Positions 19,666 to 32,179 are shown, numbered from the stretch's first letter. The stretch is DNA of 64,000 nt from Cytophagales bacterium (GCA_965230415.1 CBDDKZ010000003.1:125554-189553), one strand, 5' to 3'. The notes: generated by a model not told the origin, from the letters alone. Made by a program: numbers and translations.

Positions 19666-19692
19666 AAGCGATCGTTTACGATCGCTTTTATT
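19666..19692 (+). terminator. Rho-independent terminator after the H1-like gene
   Basis: Stem aagcgatcg / cgatcgctt with loop ttta, followed by ttattg. Confidence 0.6.
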
Positions 19693-19854
19693 GTTTATAG
19701 TCGGTTATTGTTAATAAATTATTACCGATTCCATATCATTAAGGGCTTAAATTAACTAAATTTGCACCATTAAATATATGTTGATTTGAGTGGTCCCATC
19801 CCTCGTAAATTACAATTAGACTCTTACACTAGTCTATAATTAAATACAAAAAAT

Positions 19855-22800
19855 ATGATATTATTTGCGCGAACTCAGCATTCTGTTGTTTATGTAGTGG
19901 GAGTTGACAAACAGCCTGGTCAGGAAGATACGCTAAAACTCGAATGGTTGTTTGGCGGAACTATTCTGGATAAACAGGCAATACGAGGTTGTTTTATAGG
20001 GCCACGAAAGGAAATGATTAGTCCATGGAGTACGAACGCCGTTGAGATTACGCAAAATATGGGTATCACTGGCGTAAATCGGATTGAAGCATTTCGTGAA
20101 GTGGACAACACCAATACCGAACATGATCCAATGTTGGAAGTTGTATATACGGAAATTGATCAGACTATTTTTGATATCGATATAGAACCTGATGCGATTA
20201 AATATATTGACAATATAGCCGCTTATAACCAAGAAGAAGGACTTGCTTTGAATGATGAAGAGGTAGCTTACCTGGAATCCATGAGCCAAAGAATTGGGAG
20301 ATCTTTAACCGACAGCGAAGTATTTGGATTTTCACAGGTGAATTCGGAACATTGTCGACATAAAATATTTAACGGAACTTTCATAATTGATGGCGACGAG
20401 AAAGAAAAGTCGCTGTTTCAATTAATTAAAAAGACATCTGCAGATCACAAGAATAGAATAGTATCGGCATATAAGGATAATGTAGCCTTTGTGGAAGGCC
20501 CGGAAATTGAACAGTTTGCACCTGAAGAACAGGATAAACCCGCTTACTTTACAACAAAATCGATAAAATCAGTCATATCGATCAAAGCTGAAACACACAA
20601 TTTTCCAACTACGGTAGAGCCATTTAATGGAGCTGCTACAGGTTCCGGAGGGGAAATACGTGATCGTTTGGCCGGTGGTAAAGCAGCTATTCCATTAGCC
20701 GGTACAGCGGTTTATATGACTCCGTATTCCAGACAAAAAGGAGGGAAGAACTGGGAAACAAGCGTGCCCGAACGGGCGTGGTTATATCAGTCACCTGTTG
20801 AGATCTTGATAAAAGCATCAAACGGAGCCAGTGATTTTGGGAATAAATTTGGCCAACCTCTTATCAATGGTTCTTTATTGACCTTTGAACACGAAGAAGA
20901 TGGGAAAAATTATGGCTATGATAAGGTAATTATGCTTGCAGGTGGTGTTGGATACGCACGCCTTGAAGATAGTAAAAAGGATATTCCGAAAGCCGGAGAT
21001 CAAATAGTAATAATGGGTGGCGACAACTACCGGATCGGAATGGGAGGTAGCGCTGTATCATCTGTGGCTACGGGTGAATTTTCGAATTCCATTGAATTGA
21101 ATGCCATTCAGCGGTCCAACCCCGAAATGCAAAAGCGTGTGGCCAATACCATACGTGCCATGGCTGAAAGGGATGAAAACCCTATAGTTTCTATTCACGA
21201 TCATGGCGCCGGAGGTCATCTGAATTGTTTATCGGAACTGGTAGAAGAAACAGGGGGAACCATAGAGGTCAGGAAGCTTCCTATTGGTGATAAAACACTT
21301 TCGGCCAAGGAAATTATTGGTAATGAATCTCAGGAAAGAATGGGACTTGTGATCGATGAAAATAATTACGAGAAACTGAAGGCCGTGGCAGAACGCGAGA
21401 GAGCCCCGATTTATGCAGTTGGGCAAACAACAGGTGACATGAAATTCCAATTCAGGGATGATAAAACAAATGAGTCGCCGATTAACCTTCAACTTTCGGA
21501 TTTTTTCGGAAATTCTCCGAAAACGGTGCTTAATGACAGTTCCATAGCTAAGAAATTTGCTCCTGTTTCGTACGACAAAGCACAAATTGACGATTTTATA
21601 ATCAAAGTGTTGCAACTAGAGGGTGTTGCCTGTAAAGACTGGTTGACAAATAAGGTTGATCGCTCGGTAAGCGGTAGAGTGGCAAAACAACAAACCTGTG
21701 GTGAAATTCAATTGCCGCTTAATAACTTAGGGGTGATGGCGCTGGATTTCCGAGGTATAAAAGGTGTTGCCAATGCAATAGGGCATGCACCGGTTGCTGC
21801 CTTGATAGATCCGAAAGCCGGATCGCAATTGGCAATTGCAGAGTCGCTTTCCAATTTAGTATGGGCACCGATTGAACAAGGGCTTAGCGGAGTTTCTCTC
21901 AGCGCCAATTGGATGTGGCCGGCAAAAAACGAAGGAGAGGATGCGCGACTCTATGCGGCTGTTGAGTCTGTTAGTCATTTCGCTTGTGAGCTGGGGATAA
22001 ATATTCCTACCGGTAAAGATTCACTGTCAATGGTTCAGAAATACCCCGATGGCAACAAAGTATATGCTCCGGGTACAGTTATTATTTCCGCAGCAGGAGA
22101 AGTGACAGATGTGCGCAAGGTGGTGGAAACAGCAATTGATGTGGAAGCAGGAGGGAGTATTGTTTATGTCGATTTGAGCCTGGATGACTTTCATTTAGGA
22201 GGATCGGCTTTTGCACAGATGCAAAGTAAGGTAGGTGATGAGGTACCAGCAATTAAAAGCACCACAAACTTTAAATCGGCCTTTAAAGCTATTCAGGATT
22301 TAATCCAAAATGGTGATGTACTCGCAGGACATGACGTTTCGGGTGGTGGCCTGATAACAAGCCTCCTGGAAATGTGTTTTCCTGGTAAAAACACAGGAAT
22401 GAGTGTTGATCTGGATGTGTTCCAAGAGCAGGATGTTGTGAAGCTCCTGTTTTCTGAGAAACCGGCACTTTTAATACAGGTTAAAGATGCACCTAATATT
22501 GTTTCAACTTTGGAAGCCCAAGGGGTAGCTGTGAAAACGATAGCGGTAGTCAATAAATCAGGAAACGTAGAGCTTACCGGATCTGGTTTGCAATTAAGGC
22601 TTGAAGTGGCGAAATACCGCGATATATGGTTTAAAACATCTTATTTGTTAGATAAGCATCAAGCAGGTATTCACCTTGCCGAAAAAAGGTATGAAAACTA
22701 CAAAAATGCGCCAATTATACCTGAATTTCCAAGCCACTTTGATGGAAGCTTTGAAAGCTTAGGCATCAATCCTGACCGTAAAGAGAAAAGCGGTGTTAAA

Positions 22801-23547
22801 GCAGCAATTATTAGGGAGAAAGGTGTTAATGGTGATCGTGAGATGGCTTATGTTATACACCTTGCCGGCTTTGACGTAAAAGACGTCCATATGACCGACC
22901 TGATAAGCGGAAGGGAAACACTGGAAGATATTGGCTTTATCGTCTTCGTAGGTGGTTTTTCAAATTCGGATGTTTTAGGGTCCGCAAAAGGCTGGGCAGG
23001 AGCATTTCGATATAATGAAAAAGCAAAGAGCGCACTGGAGCGATTTTATCAGCGAGAAGATACCTTAAGTCTTGGGGTGTGTAATGGCTGTCAATTAATG
23101 GTTGAGTTAGGTCTCATTGATAATTCGAAAGAAAAAAAGGCCAGAATGCTACATAATGATTCTCATAAGTTTGAATCATCATTTTTAAATGTAACAATTC
23201 AGGAAAACGATTCAGTAATGCTTAAATCGCTTCAGGGGGCTGTATTAGGTGTTTGGGTAGCTCACGGTGAAGGTAAATTTGAGCTTCCTGAGAACGAATC
23301 TTCGTACAATATCGCCATGAAATATATGAGTGAAGCCTACCCTGTTAACCCGAATGGCTCTGATTATAACACGGCTGCAATTTATTCCAGAGATGGGCGC
23401 CATTTAGCGATGATGCCTCACCTGGAACGAGCATTTTATCCTTGGCAATGTGCTTATTACCCAGGTAAGCGTAAAAACGATGATTGTACACCTTGGTTAG
23501 AAGCTTTTGTTAATGCTAAAAGATGGATAGAAGGTTACGCTGACTGA
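19855..23547 (+). CDS. purL: Phosphoribosylformylglycinamidine synthase, single-chain large form
   Basis: 1230 aa. SEHCRHKIF, ETHNFPT, the repeated AIR-synthase-like halves and a C-terminal glutaminase domain (GVCNGCQ). Confidence 0.97.
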   Translation: MILFARTQHSVVYVVGVDKQPGQEDTLKLEWLFGGTILDKQAIRGCFIGPRKEMISPWSTNAVEITQNMGITGVNRIEAFREVDNTNTEHDPMLEVVYTEIDQTIFDIDIEPDAIKYIDNIAAYNQEEGLALNDEEVAYLESMSQRIGRSLTDSEVFGFSQVNSEHCRHKIFNGTFIIDGDEKEKSLFQLIKKTSADHKNRIVSAYKDNVAFVEGPEIEQFAPEEQDKPAYFTTKSIKSVISIKAETHNFPTTVEPFNGAATGSGGEIRDRLAGGKAAIPLAGTAVYMTPYSRQKGGKNWETSVPERAWLYQSPVEILIKASNGASDFGNKFGQPLINGSLLTFEHEEDGKNYGYDKVIMLAGGVGYARLEDSKKDIPKAGDQIVIMGGDNYRIGMGGSAVSSVATGEFSNSIELNAIQRSNPEMQKRVANTIRAMAERDENPIVSIHDHGAGGHLNCLSELVEETGGTIEVRKLPIGDKTLSAKEIIGNESQERMGLVIDENNYEKLKAVAERERAPIYAVGQTTGDMKFQFRDDKTNESPINLQLSDFFGNSPKTVLNDSSIAKKFAPVSYDKAQIDDFIIKVLQLEGVACKDWLTNKVDRSVSGRVAKQQTCGEIQLPLNNLGVMALDFRGIKGVANAIGHAPVAALIDPKAGSQLAIAESLSNLVWAPIEQGLSGVSLSANWMWPAKNEGEDARLYAAVESVSHFACELGINIPTGKDSLSMVQKYPDGNKVYAPGTVIISAAGEVTDVRKVVETAIDVEAGGSIVYVDLSLDDFHLGGSAFAQMQSKVGDEVPAIKSTTNFKSAFKAIQDLIQNGDVLAGHDVSGGGLITSLLEMCFPGKNTGMSVDLDVFQEQDVVKLLFSEKPALLIQVKDAPNIVSTLEAQGVAVKTIAVVNKSGNVELTGSGLQLRLEVAKYRDIWFKTSYLLDKHQAGIHLAEKRYENYKNAPIIPEFPSHFDGSFESLGINPDRKEKSGVKAAIIREKGVNGDREMAYVIHLAGFDVKDVHMTDLISGRETLEDIGFIVFVGGFSNSDVLGSAKGWAGAFRYNEKAKSALERFYQREDTLSLGVCNGCQLMVELGLIDNSKEKKARMLHNDSHKFESSFLNVTIQENDSVMLKSLQGAVLGVWVAHGEGKFELPENESSYNIAMKYMSEAYPVNPNGSDYNTAAIYSRDGRHLAMMPHLERAFYPWQCAYYPGKRKNDDCTPWLEAFVNAKRWIEGYAD

Positions 23548-23902
23548 AAGAGTAGCTTAGCTAATTGAATGGATACCTTTCTTAGATGATGTCTTATCAA
23601 GAGCGAATCCGTAAAGAAAGGCATTGCTTTTTTGACAAACGATTTTGAACAATTGTTATAATTAAAGGGCTGCTTATTCATGGCGAAAGCAGTCTGATGT
23701 AATGTTTTTTTCATACTTCAAGGAAGAGAAGTACATTGTGCAGATTATAGTAGATGTAGTAGAAATAGGTGTTATAGGATAGGTGAAATCACCTAAATTG
23801 ACTTTTTAGTATATGAAATTGTACTTTAATCGAAACGATTTGATTTATAGCTGTGTATAATATTATATAATAGATTTATTAATTATATAAGTTTAATTGG
23901 CT

Positions 23903-24046
23903 ATGAGAGTTGTTTTACTAATAGTTACCTTTGTTTCCTTATCATTATTTACTTCCTGTTATCCCAGAACGTGTGCTACCTATTCAAAAGCTACTGATGG
24001 TGAGAAGCTACAAAAATCGGTAGAATATACTGATGAAAGAATTTAA
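23903..24046 (+). CDS. Possible 47-aa lipoprotein micro-ORF
   Basis: MRVVLLIVTFVSLSLFTSCYPRTCATYSKATDGEKLQKSVEYTDERI has a signal peptide with lipobox LFTSC. It ends about 45 nt before a strong hairpin terminator. Not in the ORF track (under 60 aa). No supporting homology is available to me. Confidence 0.3.
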   Translation: MRVVLLIVTFVSLSLFTSCYPRTCATYSKATDGEKLQKSVEYTDERI

Positions 24047-24093
24047 GTTGCCGTACGATGGAACGGATACTTGCATGTAAACACTTCTAAGCA

Positions 24094-24119
24094 AAAAGGG
24101 CTATGGAAATAGCCCTTTT
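24094..24119. terminator. Bidirectional rho-independent terminator (acs / micro-ORF)
   Basis: Stem aaaagggctat / atagccctttt with loop ggaa and A/T runs on both sides. It lies 7 nt from the acs stop at 24126. Confidence 0.65.
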
Positions 24120-24125
24120 CGAATG

Positions 24126-26036
24126 TTAACTTTTAAGAGGAACAAGAGCACCATCTTTGATTGTCTCAACAACTGAAGGATCTAGTAATGTTGAGGTGTC
24201 GCCCAAATTAGAAACATCTCCTTCAGCTACTTTCCTTAGAATACGTCTCATAATCTTTCCGGATCTTGTTTTGGGAAGGCCTGGTACTACCTGGATCAGA
24301 TCAGGTTTTGCTATTGGTCCGATTTCCTTTGTAATAATAGCTAAGATTTCTTTTTTGAAAGTGGCCTCATCCTGAATACTTGTTTCAGGGATTGCATAAG
24401 CATAAATTCCCTGACCTTTAATGTCGTGAGGGAAACCTACAACGGCAGATTCAACCACTTTTGGGTGTTGGTTAATGGCATTTTCGACTTCTGCTGTACC
24501 CATTCTGTGTCCTGAAACATTGATCACGTCATCTACACGGCCGGTGATGCGGTACAAACCATTTTCATCCCTTCTGCAACCATCTCCAGTAAAGTATTTT
24601 CCGGGGTATGTAGAAAAATAGGTTTGTTTGCAGCGTTCATGATCTCCATAAGTGGTGCGCAAAACAGAAGGCCATGGGAATTTTATACATAAATTTCCCG
24701 ATACATCATTTCCTTCCAGTTCGTTTCCTTCATTATCAACAATAGCCAGTTGAACTCCAGGCATAGGTAAAGTTGCGAATGTTGGTTTTTCCGGTGTGAT
24801 TCCTGCAAGCGGTGTTACTACAAAGCCACCGGTTTCGGTTTGCCAGTAGGTGTCTACTATTGGGCAATTGCCTTTACCTATGTTTTTGTGATACCAATGC
24901 CAGGCTTCTTCATTTATGGGTTCACCTACAGATCCGAGTACTTTCAATGAACTCAAATTATATTTTTCAACATATGAGGTGCCATGAGCCATTAGCGCTC
25001 TAATCGCAGTAGGAGCGGTATAAAATATATTAACCTGGTGTTTTTCACATACTTCCCAAAATCTACCGGCATCAGGATAAGTCGGGACGCCTTCGAACAT
25101 GATGGATGTCGCTCCGGCTAATAGGGGACCATATATTATGTAAGAATGCCCGGTGATCCACCCAATATCGGCGGTACACCAATAAATGTCACCTTCTTTG
25201 TATTGGAAGGCATTTCTGAATGTGTATTCCGTGAATATCATGTACCCGGCAGTCGTGTGTACGACACCCTTCGGTTTACCTGTTGAACCGGAAGTGTATA
25301 ATATAAATAATAGATCCTCGGCATCCATACTTACAGCCTGGTGTTCCGGAGCTACTTTTTCCATTTCTTCATGCCACCAAAGGTCTCTTGAAGTATTCCA
25401 GCTTACAACTTGGTTTGTACGTTTATAAACAAGCACATTTGCTACCGAATCGCATGATTTTAGTGCTTCATCTACTACATCTTTTACAGGGATTTCTTTA
25501 GCTCCCCGGAAGTTACCATCAGCTGTGATTACCATTTTTGCCTGTGCGTCATTAATTCTGTCTGCCAGGGCCTGTGATGAGAACCCGGCAAATACTACCG
25601 AATGAACTGCGCCAACTCGTGCGCATGCCAGGCACGCAATTGCCAACTGTGGCACCATTGGCATGTATAAACAAATGCGATCTCCTTTGGTAATACCTTT
25701 CGATATCAAAACATTCGCAAAACGACAAACTTGTTCATGTAACTCCTTATAAGTGATTTTAATAGCCGTATCATCCGGGTTATTTGGTTCCCAAAGTATC
25801 GCGGTTTGGTTTCCTCGCTCTTCCAAATGCCTGTCGAGGCAATTCTCAGTAATATTCAATTTTCCACCTTCAAACCATTTTACTTCAGGCGATTCGAAAT
25901 TCCACTCTAATACAGCATCCCATTTCTTATGCCATAAAAAGCGCTCCGCTTGTGCTTCCCAAAATGCTTCAGGGTTTTCTACGCTTTGCTTATAAGCGTC
26001 TTTATATGCCTCAAAATTTTCAATACTTTCTATCAT
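24126..26036 (-). CDS. acs: Acetyl-CoA synthetase (AMP-forming)
   Basis: 636 aa. YTSGSTGKPKG, WWQTETGG-like YWQTETGG, and the C-terminal PKTRSGKIMRR. Confidence 0.95.
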   Translation of the reverse strand: MIESIENFEAYKDAYKQSVENPEAFWEAQAERFLWHKKWDAVLEWNFESPEVKWFEGGKLNITENCLDRHLEERGNQTAILWEPNNPDDTAIKITYKELHEQVCRFANVLISKGITKGDRICLYMPMVPQLAIACLACARVGAVHSVVFAGFSSQALADRINDAQAKMVITADGNFRGAKEIPVKDVVDEALKSCDSVANVLVYKRTNQVVSWNTSRDLWWHEEMEKVAPEHQAVSMDAEDLLFILYTSGSTGKPKGVVHTTAGYMIFTEYTFRNAFQYKEGDIYWCTADIGWITGHSYIIYGPLLAGATSIMFEGVPTYPDAGRFWEVCEKHQVNIFYTAPTAIRALMAHGTSYVEKYNLSSLKVLGSVGEPINEEAWHWYHKNIGKGNCPIVDTYWQTETGGFVVTPLAGITPEKPTFATLPMPGVQLAIVDNEGNELEGNDVSGNLCIKFPWPSVLRTTYGDHERCKQTYFSTYPGKYFTGDGCRRDENGLYRITGRVDDVINVSGHRMGTAEVENAINQHPKVVESAVVGFPHDIKGQGIYAYAIPETSIQDEATFKKEILAIITKEIGPIAKPDLIQVVPGLPKTRSGKIMRRILRKVAEGDVSNLGDTSTLLDPSVVETIKDGALVPLKS

Positions 26037-26213
26037 AATTTGAAAAATCTCTCGATTGATTAGTTTTGTGCCGGAAAATATGCATAATTCATGCCCGTAA
26101 ATAAAGGTATGTATAGCGAAGGCACATAATTATTGTGATCTTATTTACGTTTATTAGTTAATAAAAATAAGAAGTTTCGCTAGTATAAAAAAAGTGATAC
26201 CTCAATTATTCTT

Positions 26214-27641
26214 TTGATAATATTTAATAAATATAAGTATATAGTTTATTGCTTTTTTGGACTTTTAGCATTATTGATGCCGCTATTGCTAGAGGCTCAA
26301 ATAGATTCTACAAGCAAATTTGTTCTTCGAAACCTGAAAATAGAAGGCTACAAACGAACGAAGGAATTCATAATTTTGCGAGAATTGGATTTTGCCATCG
26401 GAGACACCTTGGCATATGCCGATACTGCTCAGGTATTTGAAAGAAACAGGGATAAGGTGTTCAATACAGGTTTGTTCACCCATGTAGATATAAAAATGGG
26501 TGCTGTCGATGGAGAATTGGGTGAGATTTCCGTAATAGTGAACGAAAGGTGGTACATATGGCCTGCGGTAATTTTTGAACTGGCCGATCGAAATTTTAAC
26601 GAATGGTGGCACGATAGAGACAGGGATTTTAGTCGTACCGACTACGGAGTTCGATTTAAACATGATAATTTTAGAGGACGCAATGAGAAACTTAAGTTGA
26701 TTTTGCAAAGTGGATTCACGAAAAAATATGAATTGATTTATGATATACCTTATGTGAATAAAAAGAGAACGACGGGGGTGACATTTTATGGGCATTATTC
26801 CACGAACAGAAGCGTGGCTTATCGCACTGATGACCACAAGTTGCTATTTTATAACAATGAGGACAATCTGGTGAGAACTCGTTATTGGTTTGGAGGAGAG
26901 CTAAAAAAAAGACCCCTTTTTTATCGCTTTCATGCGCTGAATTTCCGTTATCAATATAGTGAAGTTCTTGACTCTGTAGCCCTGCTAAATCCCGATTTTT
27001 TTCTCAATGGACGTAACCATGTGCGGTTTCTAAAAGGTGAGTACCACTTTTCTAACGACCATAGAAATATAAGGTATTACCCTACTAAAGGAAACTATTT
27101 CAAACTCTTTATAGAACAAATTGGCTTTCGTGTTTTTTCTCCATATGCTCAAACTAATATTCATGCTACCTATGCTCATTATTGGGAGCTTACTAAAAAA
27201 GTGTTTTATGCATCCATCGTACGATCTAAAATATCGGCACCGTCCAGACAGGCTTATTTTAATGTGCGGGGTATTGGATGGGGGCAAACGGTAGTTCGTG
27301 GGTTTGAATTAAATGTGGTCGATGGACAGCATTATTGGTTGAACCAAAATAGTATCAAATGGCGATTTTTAAATATCGAAAAATTTGAAAATAAACTAAT
27401 ACCATTTAAGCAATTTAGGACTATTCCCTTTGCCATGGTGCTAAAACTTCATGCTGATTGGGCCTATGTCGTAGATGATTCTGTAAACCCTTTAAACACC
27501 CGACTGGCAAACCGCATGCTGTTTGGCGTTGGGGCAGGTTTGGATATGATTACTTATTACGATGTTGTGTGGAGGTTGGAATATTCGCTAAATTCGATGG
27601 GCGAACACGGCTTTTTTATTCACTTTTTGGCGGAGCTTTAG
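26214..27641 (+). CDS. Omp85/BamA-family outer-membrane protein (POTRA plus surface-antigen barrel)
   Basis: Signal peptide, a POTRA-like segment (LRNLKIEGYKRTKEFIILRELDFAIGDTL), then aromatic-rich beta-strand repeats ending in ...FFIHFLAEL. TTG start. Confidence 0.65.
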   Translation: MIIFNKYKYIVYCFFGLLALLMPLLLEAQIDSTSKFVLRNLKIEGYKRTKEFIILRELDFAIGDTLAYADTAQVFERNRDKVFNTGLFTHVDIKMGAVDGELGEISVIVNERWYIWPAVIFELADRNFNEWWHDRDRDFSRTDYGVRFKHDNFRGRNEKLKLILQSGFTKKYELIYDIPYVNKKRTTGVTFYGHYSTNRSVAYRTDDHKLLFYNNEDNLVRTRYWFGGELKKRPLFYRFHALNFRYQYSEVLDSVALLNPDFFLNGRNHVRFLKGEYHFSNDHRNIRYYPTKGNYFKLFIEQIGFRVFSPYAQTNIHATYAHYWELTKKVFYASIVRSKISAPSRQAYFNVRGIGWGQTVVRGFELNVVDGQHYWLNQNSIKWRFLNIEKFENKLIPFKQFRTIPFAMVLKLHADWAYVVDDSVNPLNTRLANRMLFGVGAGLDMITYYDVVWRLEYSLNSMGEHGFFIHFLAEL

Positions 27642-29076
27642 CAGGAGCCTCTTTTATAATAGTTACGGGTTCGAGCTGGTGTTTTGAAGCAATTTTAATC
27701 ATGTAGTCATATGCTTCCTGGAAATTATTCTTTATGATACCATCGAGAATTGCTTCCCTTATTTCAATTTTGATAACTCCGATGAGCCTTGAAGGTGCAA
27801 GATCGAAGGTTTTCATAATAATCTCGCCGGTGATAACAGGCTGGAAATTGCGTACTTTGTCTTCTTCTTCTACTTTTTTTAACTTACGCTCCACTAAGTC
27901 AAAGTTTTGAAGATAGCGTTTCACTTTGTGGTTATTTTTTGAGGTGATATCGGCCCGGCACAATTTCATCAGGCTTTCTATATCTTCTCCGGCCTCAAAT
28001 AATAAGCGACGTACCGCAGAATCTGTTACTTCATTCTTCACCAATGCTATCGGACGCAGGTGTAGGCGAACGAGTTTTTGCACGAAGCGCATTTTCTCAT
28101 TCATAGGAAGTTTCATTCGCTTAAAAATTTGAGGTACCATTTTAGCACCCCGCTCTTCATGACCATGAAAAGTCCAGCCGGCTTTTGGATGGAAACGTTT
28201 AGTAGCCGGTTTGGCAATGTCATGCAGTATAGCGGCCCATCTAAGCCATAAATCTGTTGTTGACGGGCAAATATTGTCCAAAACCTGAAGCGTATGGTAA
28301 AAGTTGTCTTTGTGGGATTTGTTGTCGACAGTCTCTACTCCGAGTAACTTTACAATTTCCGGAAAGATGAGTTCAAGAAGTCCACAGTGTAGCAAGAGTT
28401 TAAAGCCGTAGGAAGGCTTTTGGGCTAATATTATCTTATTGAGCTCGTCGTTAATGCGCTCTTTAGAGATGATTTTAATGCGTTCTTTATTACGTTCAAT
28501 CGCGGCAAAAGTAGCTGTTTCAATGTCAAAGTTAAGCTGTGTCGCAAAGCGTATTGCACGAAGCATTCGTAATGGATCATCAGAAAATGTCTGGTCAGGG
28601 GCGAGGGGGGTAATAATTGTTTTACTTTTGAGCGCTTCGACACCCTTAAAAGGATCTACTAACTCACCGAAATTAGTTGCATTGAGACTAATAGCAAGTG
28701 CATTAATAGTAAAATCACGTCTGTTTTGATCATCATTTAAACTACCGTTTTCAACAATAGGTTTGCGCGAATCACGTTGATAGGATTCTTTTCTGGCTCC
28801 GACAAATTCATATTCCATATCGCCGGCCTTTATCATGGCGGTACCGAAATTTTTGAAATGACTCACATGAGCGCCAGGGCCTATCTTTTCAGCCACCTTA
28901 TTGGCCAGTTTGATGCCACTGCCAACGCAAACAAAGTCAATGTCTTTTGAAGGCCGATTGAGAATGAGATCTCTAACATAACCGCCTACAACATAACTCT
29001 CATAGTTCAGGTCGATAGAAGCTTCCGTTACTAGTTTAAAAATTTGGTATTTATCCAGATGCTCTTTAAAGTTCAT
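27616..29076 (-). CDS. cca: CCA-adding tRNA nucleotidyltransferase / polyA polymerase family with HD domain
   Basis: GGYVRDLILNRPSKDIDFV head-domain motif, RRDFTINA, and HD-domain residues (LHDIAKP...HGHE). Confidence 0.85.
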   Translation of the reverse strand: MNFKEHLDKYQIFKLVTEASIDLNYESYVVGGYVRDLILNRPSKDIDFVCVGSGIKLANKVAEKIGPGAHVSHFKNFGTAMIKAGDMEYEFVGARKESYQRDSRKPIVENGSLNDDQNRRDFTINALAISLNATNFGELVDPFKGVEALKSKTIITPLAPDQTFSDDPLRMLRAIRFATQLNFDIETATFAAIERNKERIKIISKERINDELNKIILAQKPSYGFKLLLHCGLLELIFPEIVKLLGVETVDNKSHKDNFYHTLQVLDNICPSTTDLWLRWAAILHDIAKPATKRFHPKAGWTFHGHEERGAKMVPQIFKRMKLPMNEKMRFVQKLVRLHLRPIALVKNEVTDSAVRRLLFEAGEDIESLMKLCRADITSKNNHKVKRYLQNFDLVERKLKKVEEEDKVRNFQPVITGEIIMKTFDLAPSRLIGVIKIEIREAILDGIIKNNFQEAYDYMIKIASKHQLEPVTIIKEAPAKAPPKSE

Positions 29077-29110
29077 TTAAACGAATTTGTTCTGGAAAAG
29101 CTAAATATGT

Positions 29111-29479
29111 TTAATTAATGAATAGCATATCGTCATCCGGTACTTCCAGTTCCACTTCATTTTGATCTAAAATGCGACAAATTATTTTGAGGTGGTTTGT
29201 CTTTACCGTTAAATCATCTTGTTCGCTGGCAACTATCAATTTAATGCTTTTGTAGGAATCTTCGAAGCGACTCAAGCGTCCGATTTCACGAAAATAAATG
29301 GAAGTATTTTTCTCAGATTGTGCAATTTTCACATCATTGCTGCCAACAAATTCGGTATATATTTCACTATCTGCAATGAGCTTGATCAGGTTGCATTTGA
29401 AAGGTAGTATTAATCGGCTTCCAATGTAATAACCTTTGATATTACTATTAATAATGTTTAAGATTTCGTCTTTTGTCAT
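29111..29479 (-). CDS. Hypothetical cytoplasmic protein (122 aa)
   Basis: Clean ORF with no signal peptide. It starts 3 nt after the tsaC stop and ends 35 nt before the cca start. I recognise no motif. Confidence 0.6.
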   Translation of the reverse strand: MTKDEILNIINSNIKGYYIGSRLILPFKCNLIKLIADSEIYTEFVGSNDVKIAQSEKNTSIYFREIGRLSRFEDSYKSIKLIVASEQDDLTVKTNHLKIICRILDQNEVELEVPDDDMLFIN

Positions 29480-29481
29480 GT

Positions 29482-30051
29482 TTATTTTCTTATTAGCTCA
29501 AAAGTGCCGTCCATTTCCAAACGAATAATCCGGGATGCACGACCTTCAGCCAATCTGGCATCAGAGCAATTTACTACATAATCGACTCCATTCAAAACAT
29601 CAGGGGTTATTTCACCAAAATTTGCCGGTGAAGGAGCACCGCTGATGTTGGCAGACGTAGAGACAATTGCTTTTCGGAATTTTTTGAGAAGAGGCAGACA
29701 TGGACCTTCTTTTACCAGCCTGATTGCTACGCTCCCATCTGGGCCCAATACATTTTTGGGTAAGTTTCTTCCTTGTGGGTATATTACCGTCAAAGGTATT
29801 TCCGAATATTCGACAATGTCCCATGCTACTTCGGGTATGTCTTTTACATAATCGTAAAGCTGAGCAATATCATGAATCAATAAAATAAAAGACTTACTTT
29901 TTGGACGTTTCTTAAGCTCATATATACGCTCTATAGCTTGTTCGTTTGTAGCATCACAACCCAGTCCCCAAACAGTATCTGTTGGGTACAAAAGGGTTTT
30001 TCCGGCCTTGAGAATTTCAATAGACTGGCTAATGGCTGTATCATTAATCAT
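29482..30051 (-). CDS. tsaC: L-threonylcarbamoyladenylate synthase (TsaC/YrdC type)
   Basis: LLYPTDTVWGLGCDA, KKRPKSKSFILL and VSTSANISG blocks. 189 aa. Confidence 0.85.
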   Translation of the reverse strand: MINDTAISQSIEILKAGKTLLYPTDTVWGLGCDATNEQAIERIYELKKRPKSKSFILLIHDIAQLYDYVKDIPEVAWDIVEYSEIPLTVIYPQGRNLPKNVLGPDGSVAIRLVKEGPCLPLLKKFRKAIVSTSANISGAPSPANFGEITPDVLNGVDYVVNCSDARLAEGRASRIIRLEMDGTFELIRK

Positions 30052-30055
30052 ATAA

Positions 30056-32179
<2,124 letters not shown>

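Noticed and set aside
19693-19854. Riboswitch or leader upstream of purL. I also checked upstream of dapA, meaB and thyA.
   Set aside because: I could not recognise purine, ZTP, lysine or cobalamin riboswitch cores by eye. Only a weak 6-bp AT-rich hairpin is present. A covariance-model scan would be needed to be sure.
27616-27641. 26-nt convergent overlap of the Omp85-family gene and cca 3' ends. Also the overlapping stop codons of the AraC gene and hemE at 36635-36638.
   Set aside because: Short convergent overlaps are common in compact genomes. There is no hairpin or extra feature there, and nothing suggests regulation beyond possible transcriptional interference.
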